From assembly GCF_009914755.1 (NCBI RefSeq), contig NC_060926.1: a stretch of 64,000 nucleotides of DNA. One strand, 5' to 3'. This DNA is from the human T2T-CHM13v2.0 reference genome, Homo sapiens. Shown piece by piece: positions 31,620 through 45,779 of the stretch. The position numbers were made by a program, and so were the translations under genes. Each line of letters begins with the position of its first letter. Positions within the stretch are counted from its first letter, which is position 1. Under the pieces are notes generated by a model that did not search any database, was not told where the DNA came from, and saw only the letters and a list, made by a program, of their open reading frames with translations.

Positions 31620-32260
31620 TTATATACCGTAGAATGAAAGTACGTAATATCACGTATAAAATACTTTGGGCAAAAAAAAAAAAAAATCAATCCTATAGTA
31701 GATCTATCTCCAGATCTATTAGTCTTTAGGAAATTGAATGACAGGGGAGCATGTTAAGTGACACCATGGATATGAAATCTGCACTTCCCAGTATGGGAGA
31801 ACTTTACAGGACAAATACCCAGTATATACATTGTATATAGTGGAGGAGAGATTAAAAAGACTTAAAAGACTATCAGTCAAATACAACATTTAGACTTTGT
31901 TTGGATGCAGTTTAAACAAACCAAGTGCAAAGAAAGAGATAATTGGGGAAATGTGAACACTGACAAGATATCTGATGATTTCAGGTAATTATTGTTAGTT
32001 TTTGACAACAAAAATGATACTTTGGTTATATGGAGGGGAGTCCTTATATTTTAAATATACTGAAATATTTGTGGATGAAATTATAGATCATCTGAAATTT
32101 GCTTTAAAATGATCTTGGGAGTAGACTAGAAAGGGAGTATAAGTGAAGTAAAAGTAGCCATGAGTCAGTGATTATTGTAGCTATATGAATACGCGAGAGT
32201 TTGTTGCTCTCTACTTTTGTGAATGTTCTAAATAACTCATAAAAAATAAAATGTTTTTAA
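31620..32260 (+). mobile_element. L1MC-like 3' fragment
   Basis: Recalled L1MC 3' UTR motifs (atatactgaaatatttgtggatgaaat; ctctacttttgtgaatgtt); approximate. Confidence 0.5.
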
Positions 32261-32531
32261 AGAACATAGATGGAGAAAAGATAAAGGGAAAAAAGAAATG
32301 GGAAGAGGAAGGAAAACAAAAGAAAGCCATACATTTTTAGAACATCACAGAAGTTTAAGCCAGCAGCAATGGCACATGCCTGTAGAAATTTCATTAAAAT
32401 ACATTTTTATAAAAGGAAATAAACAAGGCCTTTGGTTTTGAATGTTTTCTCTGTAACTTTGAAAGAAATGCCAACCAAAGATACAAAATTGATGTGATAA
32501 ACAATAATTATCTTAATTTTAATTTCTTTAG

Positions 32532-32841
<310 letters not shown>

Positions 32842-33962
32842 AATTTCTTTAGTTTTTCTACTTTTCATCTTAGCTCATTAAACATATGTGAGTTCAGTGT
32901 AAGGATTTAAAACTATGATATCGATTTACCTGGAATAGAGGCCAAGATTCACTACTCACCAATTAGTTGCCACTCACCAATTGGTTGACTTTGACCAAGT
33001 TACTTAGCCTCTCAGTAACTTAGTTTCCTAATTTATACAGTGGGTTTTATCATTTTAGCAACTAAGTATAATTGTTGTGAAGAATAAATGAGAAACTACA
33101 TGTTAAATGCTAAAATAATGCTCAACACATAGTTAAATTTTAGCTATAATTGCTTTGTTAATCAGTGAATTATTTGAATTTGCACACATTTTTCAAGACT
33201 AATATAAATGTTTCCATTGTTTTTTCAAAAATTATTTTTGAATCCTGGTCAAAGATTCCAGTTTGCTAATGAGTACTTAAAACTTTAAGAGTGCAAAGTT
33301 CAGCTACAGCAAATCCACAGACAAGGATCTCTTTATAACTTTTTGAAAAATAAAAATAAAAGCTTTAGAGAGATGCTTCCTGGGCTGGTGCCCATTTTAA
33401 TTCTGAGAAGGAAATTAAGCATTTCCTACTATAAAGGCTATCTTGAAGAAGAATAAAAAGGGATTACATTCATAGGGCATGATTCATAATTCTTTAACCT
33501 AAAATATAATCATGTACCCCCTAATTATTTGTGTCTTTATTCTTGCTGTTTTATTTCCTGATCATCATCTATTTCTAGAAAAAGTATTTATTATGGTTTA
33601 AAAAAAAGACTCAAGCTAGAGATATAGCCTGTTGTTTATAGCCTCTTCTTACCTTGGTTCAGGAGAGTAAAAAGGGACCATTCGTATAATTACCCATGCC
33701 GATTTCTCAATGTTTCAATGCCTATGGTTCTCATGGCGAATGGAGCAGCTATAAATAAGGATCAGGTATTCATCAGTATTTAGCAGTATTCATCACCATA
33801 AGTCCTTTGCTAAATTTGGTGAGACTAAAATTTTTGTCACCAGAAATTTAGAAATGGGTTTTTAAAATCTTGTTCTTGTTACTTAAAGGCAAACTTGTTA
33901 TAAATTTGTAACAAATAGGTGAAATCTATAAAATCTTTAATTCATATTCTCCTTCCTATCAG

Positions 33963-34064
33963 TATAACATTCAGGCTTATCCAACAACAGTGGTATTCAA
34001 CCAGTCCAACATTCATGAGTATGAAGGACATCACTCTGCTGAACAAATCTTGGAGTTCATAGAG
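33963..34064 (+). CDS. DNAJC10: DNAJC10 exon 17 (102 nt)
   Basis: atcag|TATAAC ... ATAGAG|gtattt; YNIQAYPTTVVFNQS...LEFIE. Confidence 0.96.
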
Positions 34065-35037
34065 GTATTTCAGATTATAGACTATGTGACTAGAAATTTG
34101 TCTGTTTCTATGTAAACCCTGTATGAATGTTTCATATTGTTTAATAGGATTTACTCTTTTCATGCCCAAACTATTTTCTTACAAAATGATTTTTAAAGAA
34201 TTTTTCTAATGTTTTACTCTTCTTATATACTTGTCTGTAAACTCAAAGTAAATCTGTGTTTTATTTGTTACCTGGTATGTACAGTGCCTTATAAACAATG
34301 GACACAATTATTTATTGAACATATGCAATGTATTTTCACCTTGTCACCCCTTTGCACTGTTTTCTCTGAAAACAAGTGTCTGGCATCTACAGCATCTTTT
34401 TTTTTTTTTTTCTCAGTAACACTCTTGATAGAAATACTTACAGGGGCCTCCTAGAAAAAAAAAAAGAAAATTTCTAGTTTATTATTATCCATTTGATGAC
34501 CCTCCAACCCTGTCCTACTCACCTGTTCCTCCTCCTCTGACGTAATGTTTTGTCTTGTTTTCCCAGTGAAGCTAGCCTCTTCATCAGTATTACCTGACTG
34601 TTGTAGGCTGAAGCTTTGTTAAAATATCATTTGGAACAAAGAATCTGTAGAAAGGTGTAGTATCTCCAGTCAGAATGTCAGAAAAATGAGATAGTAGGCT
34701 TTCCACTAGTAATTAAAGAATCATTTCCAAACCAGTCATTCTTGGTTCTAGAACAGAACTTTATGGCCTCTGTAGACATCCAGGCAGCCCTTGAAACTCT
34801 TTTATTATCCATGCAGAAACTTAAAGTTGCCTCTTTGCCTGTTATGATTTTAGTGATACATAGAGATAAAGGATAAATAGACCTTGATTTTTTACAAAAC
34901 TAATGAGCAAAATCCAAACTTAAAAATCTAAGTTAGGTTTATTTTCATATTTTAAGATAATTCACATTGGATTTCTTTTAGCTATCCTTAAGCATCTTTT
35001 GGTTTCTCAAAAATGGGAACTTTCTAAAGGACATACA

Positions 35038-35197
35038 CAGATTGAGCACCCCTAATCCAAAAATCTTAAATCTGAAATGCTCCAAAGTCTGAATTTCATG
35101 TTTAGACTTGGGTTTCATTCCCAAGATATATGCAAATATTCCAAAATTCAAAATTCTCAATACTTCCAAGTATTTTGGATAAGAGATACTCAACCTG
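35038..35197 (+). mobile_element. Tigger4/MER46-like MITE
   Basis: TIRs cagattgagcacccctaatcc ... gagatactcaacctg|ta. Confidence 0.75.
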
Positions 35198-35273
35198 TAC
35201 CAACAATTTGCCAGGAATATATGAACAGCTATGCTTTATATATATGTTATAATGGAAGCTATATTCTCTTCAG

Positions 35274-35429
35274 GATCTTATGAATCCTTCAGTGGTCTCC
35301 CTTACACCCACCACCTTCAACGAACTAGTTACACAAAGAAAACACAACGAAGTCTGGATGGTTGATTTCTATTCTCCGTGGTGTCATCCTTGCCAAGTCT
35401 TAATGCCAGAATGGAAAAGAATGGCCCGG
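35274..35429 (+). CDS. DNAJC10: DNAJC10 exon 18 (156 nt), Trx3 active site CHPC
   Basis: ttcag|GATCTT ... GCCCGG|gtatag; DLMNPSVVSL...WCHPCQVLMPEWKRMAR. Confidence 0.96.
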
Positions 35430-35636
35430 GTATAGTAAAAATAGTTTATTTTAAATCTTAACATTTACTAAGAATGTTTATTTAACAGAATTATTTTGAA
35501 ACGGATGTGAATGAACCCACAACTAAATTATTACTTAATAACAGTACTGATCATACCACTTTGATTCCAGCTCTGTTTCTGTCTGGTGTGTGAATGGTAT
35601 AGCCTACCATTTTTGTGTGTATAGCATCTGGTACAC

Positions 35637-35896
35637 TTTTTTTTTTTGGTCGGGTAGCAGGGGGCAGAGTCTCGCTCTGGAGTGCAGTGGCGCAATCTCG
35701 GCTCACCGCAACCTCAACCACCCTAGTAGCTGGGATTACAGGCATGTGCCACCACGCCTAGCTAATTTTTGTATTTTTAGTAGAAACAGGGTTTTGCCAT
35801 GTTGGCCAGGCTGGTCTTGAACCCCTGGCCTCAAGTAATCTGCCCACTTCTGCCTTTCAAAGTGCTGGGATTACAAACATGAGCCTCCGTGCCCAG
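35637..35896 (-). mobile_element. Alu with internal deletions
   Basis: Reverse Alu, right arm shortened. Confidence 0.88.
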
Positions 35897-36646
35897 TATA
35901 TCCAGTACTTTTGACTAAACTGTTGCCAACAACAACCCAAAAATTTACCTCATATTTGTTTCAATTTTTTCTAATTTTTTTCCTGCTTTATTTTTAGAGT
36001 TTAAAAATATCATTTCCTGACATACTGTAGGACTTAAAAGTAAGAAAAAAAAGCTTTCAGCATGTGTATTTAGAAAATTTCCTGAAAATAGGCACTATGT
36101 TTTAAGTTGTAGAAGATTGGAAACAAATCACTTAAATACCAGAATGGAAAATGCAATTACTACTTCACATTTGTTTACAAGATAAAACACTAAATCTGAG
36201 TTAAAGTGATTTCTAGTATCTTAACATTTAGGATTACATATTTTTGTGCTCTTTTCAATAAAATTTTTAAGTTCAGGTGTGAGTCAGTATAACACATTAG
36301 ACACCTACAAAGCTTGTTTTCATTGGAAAGAATACTTTGAAATATTGCAAAGACTTTCATTAGTTTCTAGCACTTTGAATTTTAGAAGTATATAGTTTTT
36401 TCTCATGTAACAGTTAAATGAAATAAATTGTTTAATCTGCAATAATTTTAGTAAGTACTTAATTACAAAATTAGATTACAAATTCATTAGTATAAATGGT
36501 CTATTATATGTTAAACCCTTATCCATTTTTATTGGGTAAAAGTCACTGATAAATAATAACTGTTTCACCATAATAATACAATGCTTATTTCTTTATTGCA
36601 AACATATGTAAAAAGTTATGGAGGTAATCTGTTTTTTCTTTTACAG

Positions 36647-36780
36647 ACATTAACTGGACTGATCAACGTGGGCAGTATAGATTGCCAACAGTATCATTCT
36701 TTTTGTGCCCAGGAAAACGTTCAAAGATACCCTGAGATAAGATTTTTTCCCCCAAAATCAAATAAAGCTTATCAGTATCA
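36647..36780 (+). CDS. DNAJC10: DNAJC10 exon 19 (134 nt)
   Basis: tacag|ACATTA ... TATCA|gtaagt; TLTGLINVGSIDC...NKAYQY(H). Confidence 0.96.
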
Positions 36781-37791
36781 GTAAGTATTCTCTCATATTT
36801 GAAGACATTTATTATAATTATTTAATTATACACTTAACAGTTAAGTTACCTGAACAAAATAAAAGTTAACCCAACAAATATTTATTGGGAGCCCACTACG
36901 TAAAGATAGTTTGTTAATGAACATTTCAGAAGATGAAAAGGGAGTATTGAACAGTCTCACTGTGCATAAAGCTTATAGTCTAGACAAAAAGATAAGGAAA
37001 GGAAGAGCTAACATTTATTAAGTCCTTAAACACCTTATTTGGTTTCAGGTACTATATTAGATACTTTACTCACCTTATTTCCAATAATCCTCACATATGC
37101 TCTGTGAACTAGGAATTACTACCCTTCCTACTATTACAGAGAAGTAAACTGTGATTCTCAGACCTTAGAATCCAAGGTCTAGGAGTTATCTAAGGCTTAG
37201 ATAACTTCCCCAAGTCACACAGCTGCTAAGTTGAAGTTGAGGTTTGAACCCAAGTCTGTCTCAGCACCCATGCTGTTTCCACAACACCACGTGGTATTTC
37301 AGGTAGAAAACTCAAATGTAAGGTACATATGATGAATGTTATTAAACAAGTAAAAATGAACCATGGATTTCAAGAGAGGAAAGGGTCACAACTATGAGGA
37401 AATTATGAAAGGCTGCATTTTGTAGGTAGTTTTTGACATGTGTCTTTAAAAATGGGTAGGAATTTGACAGACAGTAATAACTTGAATAAAGATTCAGAAA
37501 CTAAAACCCTTGGACATTCTGAGTTTCGCAATTCCCATAGGTCTACAGGAGATGTCCAGTAGACAGCTAGACATTCTGGGCTGTCTGGGGCACAAAGATA
37601 CCAAGACTAGAGAAAAATACATTTGTGAGGCCTTATAACCAGAATTTGTAGCTAGGTATATTTGAGAAGAGAGATACCAGATGAAATCAATCAATATAAC
37701 TTATTTTTTAAATTGCTACAATAAGATTGTTTTCTGAATACATCCAATAATAGAGAATCCTATTTACAACTAACATTTTTTCTTCTCTCAG

Positions 37792-37845
37792 CAGTTACAA
37801 TGGTTGGAATAGGGATGCTTATTCCCTGAGAATCTGGGGTCTAGG
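37792..37845 (+). CDS. DNAJC10: DNAJC10 exon 20 (54 nt)
   Basis: ctcag|CAGTTA ... CTAGG|gtgagt; SYNGWNRDAYSLRIWGL. Confidence 0.95.
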
Positions 37846-38114
37846 GTGAGTAATTAAAATATATATCATTGTATAAAATAGATTCAAAGCCATTTACCCC
37901 CCTTTTATATCAATAGTTAAATTTACTGTGGGTTAAGGTTCTAGCATTTTAAATTACTTAGTAAAGTATTATATTAACCAAGATAGTACTGTACTTTATT
38001 ACATTGCCCTTCCTTGACATCATTTTTAACTTAGAAAGTATTACAATATTATTGCATTTCATATGTTTGCTTTGGTTTTATATAATGAAAAATGATTTTG
38101 ATCATTTGCCACAG

Positions 38115-38262
38115 ATTTTTACCTCAAGTATCCACAGATCTAACACCTCAGACTTTCAGTGAAAAAGTTCTACAAGGGAAAAATCATTGGGTGATTGATT
38201 TCTATGCTCCTTGGTGTGGACCTTGCCAGAATTTTGCTCCAGAATTTGAGCTCTTGGCTAGG
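38115..38262 (+). CDS. DNAJC10: DNAJC10 exon 21 (148 nt), Trx4 active site CGPC
   Basis: cacag|ATTTTT ... GCTAGG|gtaagt; FLPQVSTDL...WCGPCQNFAPEFELLAR. Confidence 0.97.
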
Positions 38263-38705
38263 GTAAGTCATACCTGTCTTAAATAAGTTGTAGCCACATT
38301 CATGTTTTAGTAATTAGATAAAACATTGTAAGTATGTAATTTTTAGGTTTTTTTCTTAAATGTTTCCTCTGAATTTAAAAATAGCTATTATATTTCTATG
38401 ACTGTAATGGTTGTAGTAGATTTCCTCTTTCTTTGTTAAAGCTTTTAGCTAACATCTTCTCTATCTTGGTAGACATCATCATCTACTAGCCATAAAAGCC
38501 AGAAACGTCTCTTTCTTCTCCCTCTTGTCTACTTTCTCCTCCCCACCCCAGTACTCTGTTGCCCTCCAGGCAGTTACTAGATTGTGTCAGTTTTATCCCC
38601 TAAATGTCTTTCAAATGTCATTTCTTATTCATCTCTACTGCTAACCTGTTTCTTCAACCCTTTATCATCTCTTGTCTAGACTTAACCATATTTGCCTTTT
38701 AAGTG

Positions 38706-38918
38706 CAGTCTTCCCTTGATATACTCAGGGGATTGGTTCCAGGAACCCCCATTCCATACCAAAATCTGTGCAGCTCAGGCCTCACAGTGGGCCCTCTGTA
38801 TGCAGGGTTTCACATCCTATGACTGTTCTGTTTTCCATCTGCAATTGCTTAAAAAAAAAAATTCCCAGTTCAAGCAGTTCAACACAGTTCAAGCCTTTGT
38901 TGTTCAAGAGTCATCTAT
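38706..38918 (+). mobile_element. MER2/MER2B-like MITE
   Basis: ggggattggttccaggaaccccc...ataccaaaatctgtg...ttgttcaagagtca. Confidence 0.7.
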
Positions 38919-41639
38919 GGTATTATACTGTCTACCTTTGTCAGTGCTGCCCTGGTGATCTTCTAAAATATTTCCCTCTCTGACTTACTAAGTTTCTTAA
39001 TATGCATACATTGACTTCAGGTGTCTGATATGAGCTCTATCTCTATTGTCCACCTCACACCTTAGATTCCAGTGTAACAGAGTACTCCAGGTTCTCTGAA
39101 CATGTGTCCTTATTTACATGCCGCTCCCTCTCTCTAAAATGCTCTGTCCTTACCTTGGTCATCTGTATTTTTTCTCCTCTTACTGCAAAACTCAGCTCCG
39201 ATGGCACTGCTCTATTCTCTGCCCTTCTCAGTTAATCAGTGTCACCTGGATATGTTATCAAGTGTACTGATACAGTGCATATTAATTCTTTATTTATTAT
39301 TACTTGAAAGATATTTAATTTGACCAGAAATAAAAGGAGCTGGATACCAATGGAAATAATTAGTTGTAGCAATTTTGGGTTTTGTTCGGTTGGTTGGTTT
39401 TATTTTTCGGTATAGCATTGTCCATCTTCCTTTGTAAATGGCTGTCTCTTCCTGAGGGCAAAGTCCATGTTTTATTTATTTTTATATCCTCAGGGCCTAA
39501 CTCAGTAAATGCTTATATAAAATTAAACTGAATACATACCCTCAATGCAGTCTGAGCTTTTGGTGTTTCTTTCTGTCATAACAGTCTTATTAGTGACCTA
39601 ATCCAGATTGATAGCTTTCTTGCCTCCATAACTCGAGGAACTCTTGCCACTAATGTTGGTATAAAACACTCAACTGGAATGAGAAAGTCAGCTCCAGTTC
39701 CACCAGTTCACACTAAAGCTTAGCATCCCAGGCCATGGGAATTTTTTAGCAGAGGGATTTTAAAGGTCTTACTAGCTATAAAAGATTATTTTTGTTATTA
39801 GCTGGTGCATCAGATAAGAGGTTTATTCTTTCCATTCTAATCTTCTTATGCTTCCTTCTGTAATAATTCTGCTTTACTCCATTTCTCATGTACTAAAAAC
39901 TTTAGTTATAAACTTTGTAATGCAACTCTATATTGTATCTAGTAGAAAATTATTAAACATGAAAAAGACCATTTATTCAACAAATTTTAAGTACCAAATG
40001 AAAAGCCATTATGCTAAGTAGTAGGGCCACGTAACTCCACATGAAAGAAAAGGAAGATGAAAAGAAAGAAATTCCATGTCTTTAAGGAGATTTTAATCTA
40101 GTGGAAAGAGAAAATGGAAATAAATATAAGTAATACAAGATAATTGCTACAGTAAAATTAGAATGAAGCTGGAACAGGGGTAGAAGGGTGTCAGTGATGC
40201 CAGAGAAGGATGTTTAGAGCACCAGAAACAGTATGGTGCCATCTCATAAGTAATTGGAAATACAAGTAAGCAAATATACAAACATTTTGTAAATGACATA
40301 GACACTTACGAAATTAACATTTCTACATTTTTCTTACTTTCGGTATGCAAGTGTGTGTGTCTGCCTACATGCTTGTGCCCTAACACAAGTTAGTCTGCAT
40401 TTTAGTAAACCCCTGCCTTGGGGACGAAACTAGAGGCAGCAAAGATATTTTAAGTGTCCTGAAGTGAGAGGTGATAACTTTAATCAGGATTAGGGCATTG
40501 GTGATAGAAAGAAGGGGACAAATACAAAAGACAGATAAGAATAAATAGGATTGAATGTGATAGATGAAGGATAGAGAGGAGTCTGGATGAGCCTAATTTC
40601 TGGCTTGAACTGAATGAATAGAACGAGGAAAAGTGGGTTCAGGGGACATGCTGTGTTTGGGTGCTTATGCGGCATTCACCCAAAGCAGGCCAATGCGTGG
40701 TTAGATATGAAATCGAAGAGAATGATTGGGGTACATCAGCATATAGATATGTAAAACCACCTTGGGCACCTGTTCACAGTGAAAAGATTGTTGATCAAAG
40801 ATGGAACTCTGATTGGATATTATAACTTGAGGGGCAGGTAAAGGAGATCCTCATGCTGGAAAAAGGAAGAACAGTCAGAGGGGTAAGAAAGCCAAGAGAG
40901 AGTAGTGATAAATGCTAAAAAAGAAAGAAAGGAGTGGTCAGCAGTAAACATCAGTTGCGCAATAAGAAGACCAAAAAGTGCCCAGTTTGGTCAAGCGGTC
41001 ACTGGTGAACTTACAGCAGTTTCAGCAGAGGGAGCAGTAAGCACAGAAGACGACTAAAATGTTGCCAAATAAGCAGACAATGGGAAGCAGTGAAACAGTA
41101 GACTGCTGCTCAGGAAAAAAAAAAAAAGAGAGAGAGAGCGTGAGAAGCACTATGACAGAGGAACCATAATCCAGGAAGGAATCCTTTCATGATTATATAC
41201 ATCTTCACTGGAGAATATGTGTTCTGACAGGGAGGGACTGGAGAATACAGGTGGAGTAAGTCAGCCTTCACGAGACAAAGAGTGCCCAAAGAGTCCTACC
41301 ACAGCACACCCCCAGTGAAAGGAGAAAAAGATAGAAACAGAAACATGTTTATGGTATGATGTGCCAGTAGTGGGTGGCAGGAAGAAGTTGAGACATTGCA
41401 GGATAAAGCTGCTTAGTTTTCTTGATGAGGCAAAGGAGGGTTTATTTGCTGTTGGAGAGGTGGTGCTAGGTGAATAGGGGCTTAAAGGGATAATGTGGAA
41501 ATAATCTTGTTTGAGTAGGAAGAATTAAAGTTTTTTAAATAAATTCTTAGATTCAAAATGTTTTATATCCTATTGCTTTGTTGTTGCCAAAATAGTTTAT
41601 GCCAAACAGAAAATGGCAAACTGTATTTTTCTTTTTCAG

Positions 41640-41759
41640 ATGATTAAAGGAAAAGTGAAAGCTGGAAAAGTAGACTGTCAGGCTTATGCTCAGACATGCC
41701 AGAAAGCTGGGATCAGGGCCTATCCAACTGTTAAGTTTTATTTCTACGAAAGAGCAAAG
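41640..41759 (+). CDS. DNAJC10: DNAJC10 exon 22 (120 nt)
   Basis: ttcag|ATGATT ... GCAAAG|gtatgt; MIKGKVKAGKVDC...YERAK. Confidence 0.97.
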
Positions 41760-42310
41760 GTATGTCCAGACTTTCCTCTGTTCCTTCCCTTAGTAGGCCA
41801 AGCTCAAAAGATGTGTTTCAGTCTGAGTAATGTTTTTTTTCTGTTTTCTGATCCTTGTCATTTTTTTATATTATTACATATTACTGATACAAGTTTTTAA
41901 AATTTACATGTATACCAAGCGATCTTAAAAGGTTTTTTGTCTTGTGGTTGATACAGACTCAATTGCCTTAACATTTTTATACTAATGAATAGGAAAACTA
42001 CTAGAAAGAGACAAAAAAAGTATTATTCGTGATAATCTTTGAGTGCTGGAATTCAAGGTAATTTTCTACTTTTCTGTGAAAGGTTATGGTGACTGTTGAG
42101 GTCACTAAGAATACTCTATAATACACACTGCTGCTTGGAATAATATTTCCTTAGTATATTTCTATTCAGTATACTTTTTACTGAATAAGTTTCAAAGTAA
42201 TGAGCTTCCTTTGTGGGGAGGAAAGAACAATGATAAAGTATTTGCCATGTACTCATGTTTTCTGGTAAAACATTAAAAATAGATAATTTCAAATATTTTT
42301 ATACTTTTTG

Positions 42311-42706
42311 TCCAGAGCTTATAGCTTGCAGTGAATGCCAAGAATGAGTTCTCAGACAATTCCAGCTGAACGGGGGCAAGATAGCTCTTCTAAGAGAGTC
42401 CACCCCAGCATTCATCCGCACAGTATTTATTGAAAGGGCTTGTTAAACCACAAACATCCACTAGATGGCTTGAGGTCCAGTCGTGAGACACCTGTGGCCT
42501 TGTAAAAGCACTCAAACTGCATTCTCAGGAGGCTGTTTTTAGCGTTCCTTATCACACCACACACTCCACTCCTGTCCTGTTTTCGGGATCAAGGAATTTC
42601 ATTCTCATGCACAAATAACATACACACAGTGTCTCAGTATTTTTCCATGCCCCGACCTCAAATGCCACGTACATAAGGTTGAATATATTGCCATGCTCCC
42701 CCGATG
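42311..42706 (-). repeat. 3' LTR of provirus
   Basis: Direct repeat of 46557-46972; preceded on the minus strand by PPT AAAGAAGAGGGAGA (42707-42720); AATAAA on the minus strand. Confidence 0.9.
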
Positions 42707-44616
42707 TCTCCCTCTTCTTTAATTCTTAGCACATGCTGGTCATCCAATGCAAGGTAAACTTCTATTGTTCTTCCTTGGTCATAGATACGTTGGGTGGCAG
42801 CACAGAGCCGTCTGCAAATGCCTAGCAAACAGATAAAAAAAAGAATAAGTACAACGGCCATCACCTAAATGCATATGTTTAACCCAGACAACCAAGTGTT
42901 GGGGTTTAACCAATGAAAACTTTCTTGTAATTGCTGAAGGGTACTTGTTTGTAGTTGCTGTGACTATTCTTCAAGTTGTTCAATTTACACTCAAGAGTGG
43001 AAATTTGAGAAGACAAATAGTCGTGATAAGCCCCTTGCAGATGTGCTTTCACTTTCTCCCAAGCATATTGGGAGCTATTATATGGCAGAGGTGTGACACA
43101 GAATTATATTGCCAATCACAATGTAAATTTTGACGGGTAATGAATGCCTGCTGCTGATCCCCTAGCCATTCAAAAGTGGCTTCAAGGGTCTCTAGGTGAG
43201 ACAAAATAGTTTTATCAATATTTACCTATTCCTGAAATTCATGGGTTACATTATATACCATGTGGCTTATCACTGAGGCTGTGTGAATAGATTCTGTCAG
43301 AGAAGCAGTTGCAGTAGCGGCAGTTGCTAATATAATAATAGCTGAGAGTAAAAAGGCAACTGAAGTGGCCAGAAATCTTATTTTTCAAGTATGAGACAAT
43401 GCTTTTCTAAATAGGTGCAGGGTGGAATCCTCTTCCTAGCTCCAAGTTAAATTTACAGGCAGCCACCATTCTGCATGCCATTTTAAGATCATGACACAGG
43501 TTATATTTAATTATGTAACGTTTTGATGAGAGAAGCATGTAGCATACCAACTACTGGAAGAGACTTTAATACTATAAAAGGATTGATTCTGCTCTATGTT
43601 AGGAACACCTTGCCGAAACAAAAGTATATAAGGGTGCATAGTACAAATCAAGACTATGTCGGTAACATTATTATGCAGAGAGAGGGTATAGTTGCCACCG
43701 CTAGTAATATACTCACCATGGGAAAGAACCCATTCAAAAAAAGGAAGTCCTAATCTCCAAATCTGGGTATGAGCATGGCTTAAAGCTTGTTTCCCTTTTA
43801 CTTGTAATATTGGTCCTAAAAGCCCATACTCTGACCAGATGATAGAACTATTGGAGGGACTCCTAAATCCAATAGTCTGATCTGCAGACATAAGATTACC
43901 ATGGGGACCCTAATCAAGTAAGGTGTCATTATCAAACAGAGGCTCTTGATGCAGCGCAGGCTGTTTGCATGGCGACCACTGGATGGCCTCACACTTATAT
44001 CGCCAGTCCGTACTCAGACAGCATATAGGAAGATCAGGCACTTGTGTAGCTTCATTAGAGACCTCAGTAAGATTAGTGCTAACAGCAGACATAAAGGTCA
44101 AGTTTGCAAACTTAGTATCCCTTTGGGGCTGGTAATAAAGATACTCCTGAAGAATGAGAGTAACACACTTATCATGTGCTATTATGGGGAAAAAAAGGGG
44201 GATTACTAGACAATAAAATCAAGTAGTAATTAAGTTTAATCCATCCCAAATTTTCAGTTAAGGGGTAAGACAGGGGCATCTATCAACCTCCTGTCCCAAA
44301 AGTATCATTGGATGACAAAGGCAGGTCAGCATCCCACCATGTAATAACATTAAAAACGGGGATTTAAAACATGACTCCAATAAACATGTTCTTGAGCTGA
44401 TCCCACTTGGCAAAGGACAAGAATTGCCAGCCACCCCAACATCCATGTTTGTCTTACTTTCTCAGAAGTTTCCCCAGTTACCACCACATACTTAAGAAAC
44501 CGATTCCATGCGGTTGCGAGGGCTTCCACAGCTGCAAGCCAAATAGATGCCTGTTGATCCAATTTCTTTAGCTGTCCCCAGGTAGTGTTAGGTGCCTTCC
44601 AAGTCATCACCTTCAT
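42707..44616 (-). pseudogene. Disrupted env
   Basis: TWGQLKKLDQQA signal region, YWSHVLNP, WLPVNL, FLATSVAFLLSAIIILATAATA, hydrophobic anchor; several stops and frameshifts. Confidence 0.8.
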
Positions 44617-44857
44617 TGTTGTGGTCGATTCTCTAACAACAGGTCCTGTTCTCGAAAAGAGAGCCCCATATTCCCCGTTTTTTGTTTAAGATATATATTA
44701 AGAGTTTGATAAGCTTGTTTAACAATGGCTTGACTAGTTGAGGTATAAGGAATACTAGTTTTGTGTTGTATGTGCTAAAGTTGCAATGCATATGCAAATC
44801 GAGCACTAAGCTAGCAAGGTCTGTTATCAGGTTTTATAGTTTGTGGAAGGTTTAAAG

Positions 44858-45476
44858 TTATAATGGATTCAAATAAATGACCAATTGCATCTTTAGTTTT
44901 TTTTCTGGTCTGGGGGTAGCATGTATTAGGCCTGTGTAAGTGTACACGGTAACGTGGAGAAATTTAAAACGTTTAAAGGGTGGATACTGAGTAACATCAG
45001 TTTGCCAAATAGCATTAGGCACCAGACCTTGTAGGTTGGCACCAAGCCTTAAGGAAAAAGGGGAAAGAGAATGCTGTTGGCAATCAGGACAAGTTTTAAT
45101 AATCATGCGAGCTTGAGCAAGTGTCAAATGAAACTGTTGTTTAAGAATCCAGGCGTTCTGATGAAAAAAATCATGATCAGCTGGACTCGCAAAAAAGCAG
45201 GAGAATCTGCAGACCACATCTATGGTCATACTAGAGCATCACCTTGAGCATTCTTTTCTGATAAGGGACCAGGTAGCTTAGAATGAGAGCGAATATGTAT
45301 GATGTAAAGAGGGTGATGATGGGACCGAGGAGCTCTTGTGCTGGAAGAAACAAAGCTAGTAGGGGTTCATTAGTAATGCCCTTCACATGTGCAAGATTTA
45401 AATGAGTAATACTATACACCATGTAAGCAGAATCACTAACTATATTTATGTCTTGGTGAGGAAAAGTTGGTTGCAT
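44858..45476 (-). pseudogene. pol remnant (RNase H C-terminal part + integrase N-terminal part)
   Basis: INIVSDSAY; HDFFHQN...CPDCQ; IWQTDVT. Confidence 0.85.
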
Positions 45477-45779
45477 GCTGCCTTCTAGGTTTTATCTCAG
45501 ATAGCTCTGGCTTTCTTGCTACCCACAGAGGCCTGGGGCAGGAGAGTTGCTAAGATGCAACTAACTTTTCCTTATACTCCAGGGAAGCAGAAAAAAGACA
45601 CGGCCAGAAAGGCTGATGCTGGAAATAGGAAATGAGAACTTGCATATTAGGAAGACTGTCATAATCAGCCACTTTCCTTCCCTCCTGTAGGCACCCCTCC
45701 AGCAGGGAAGTTTGTTGAGGAGACGCAGCCACCTAATCATACAAATGTTCACTGACCGGGGGTATAATCTAAGAACTGT

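Noticed and set aside
43523-44209. + strand ORFs inside the provirus
   Set aside because: Antisense shadows of env, with no recognisable homology.
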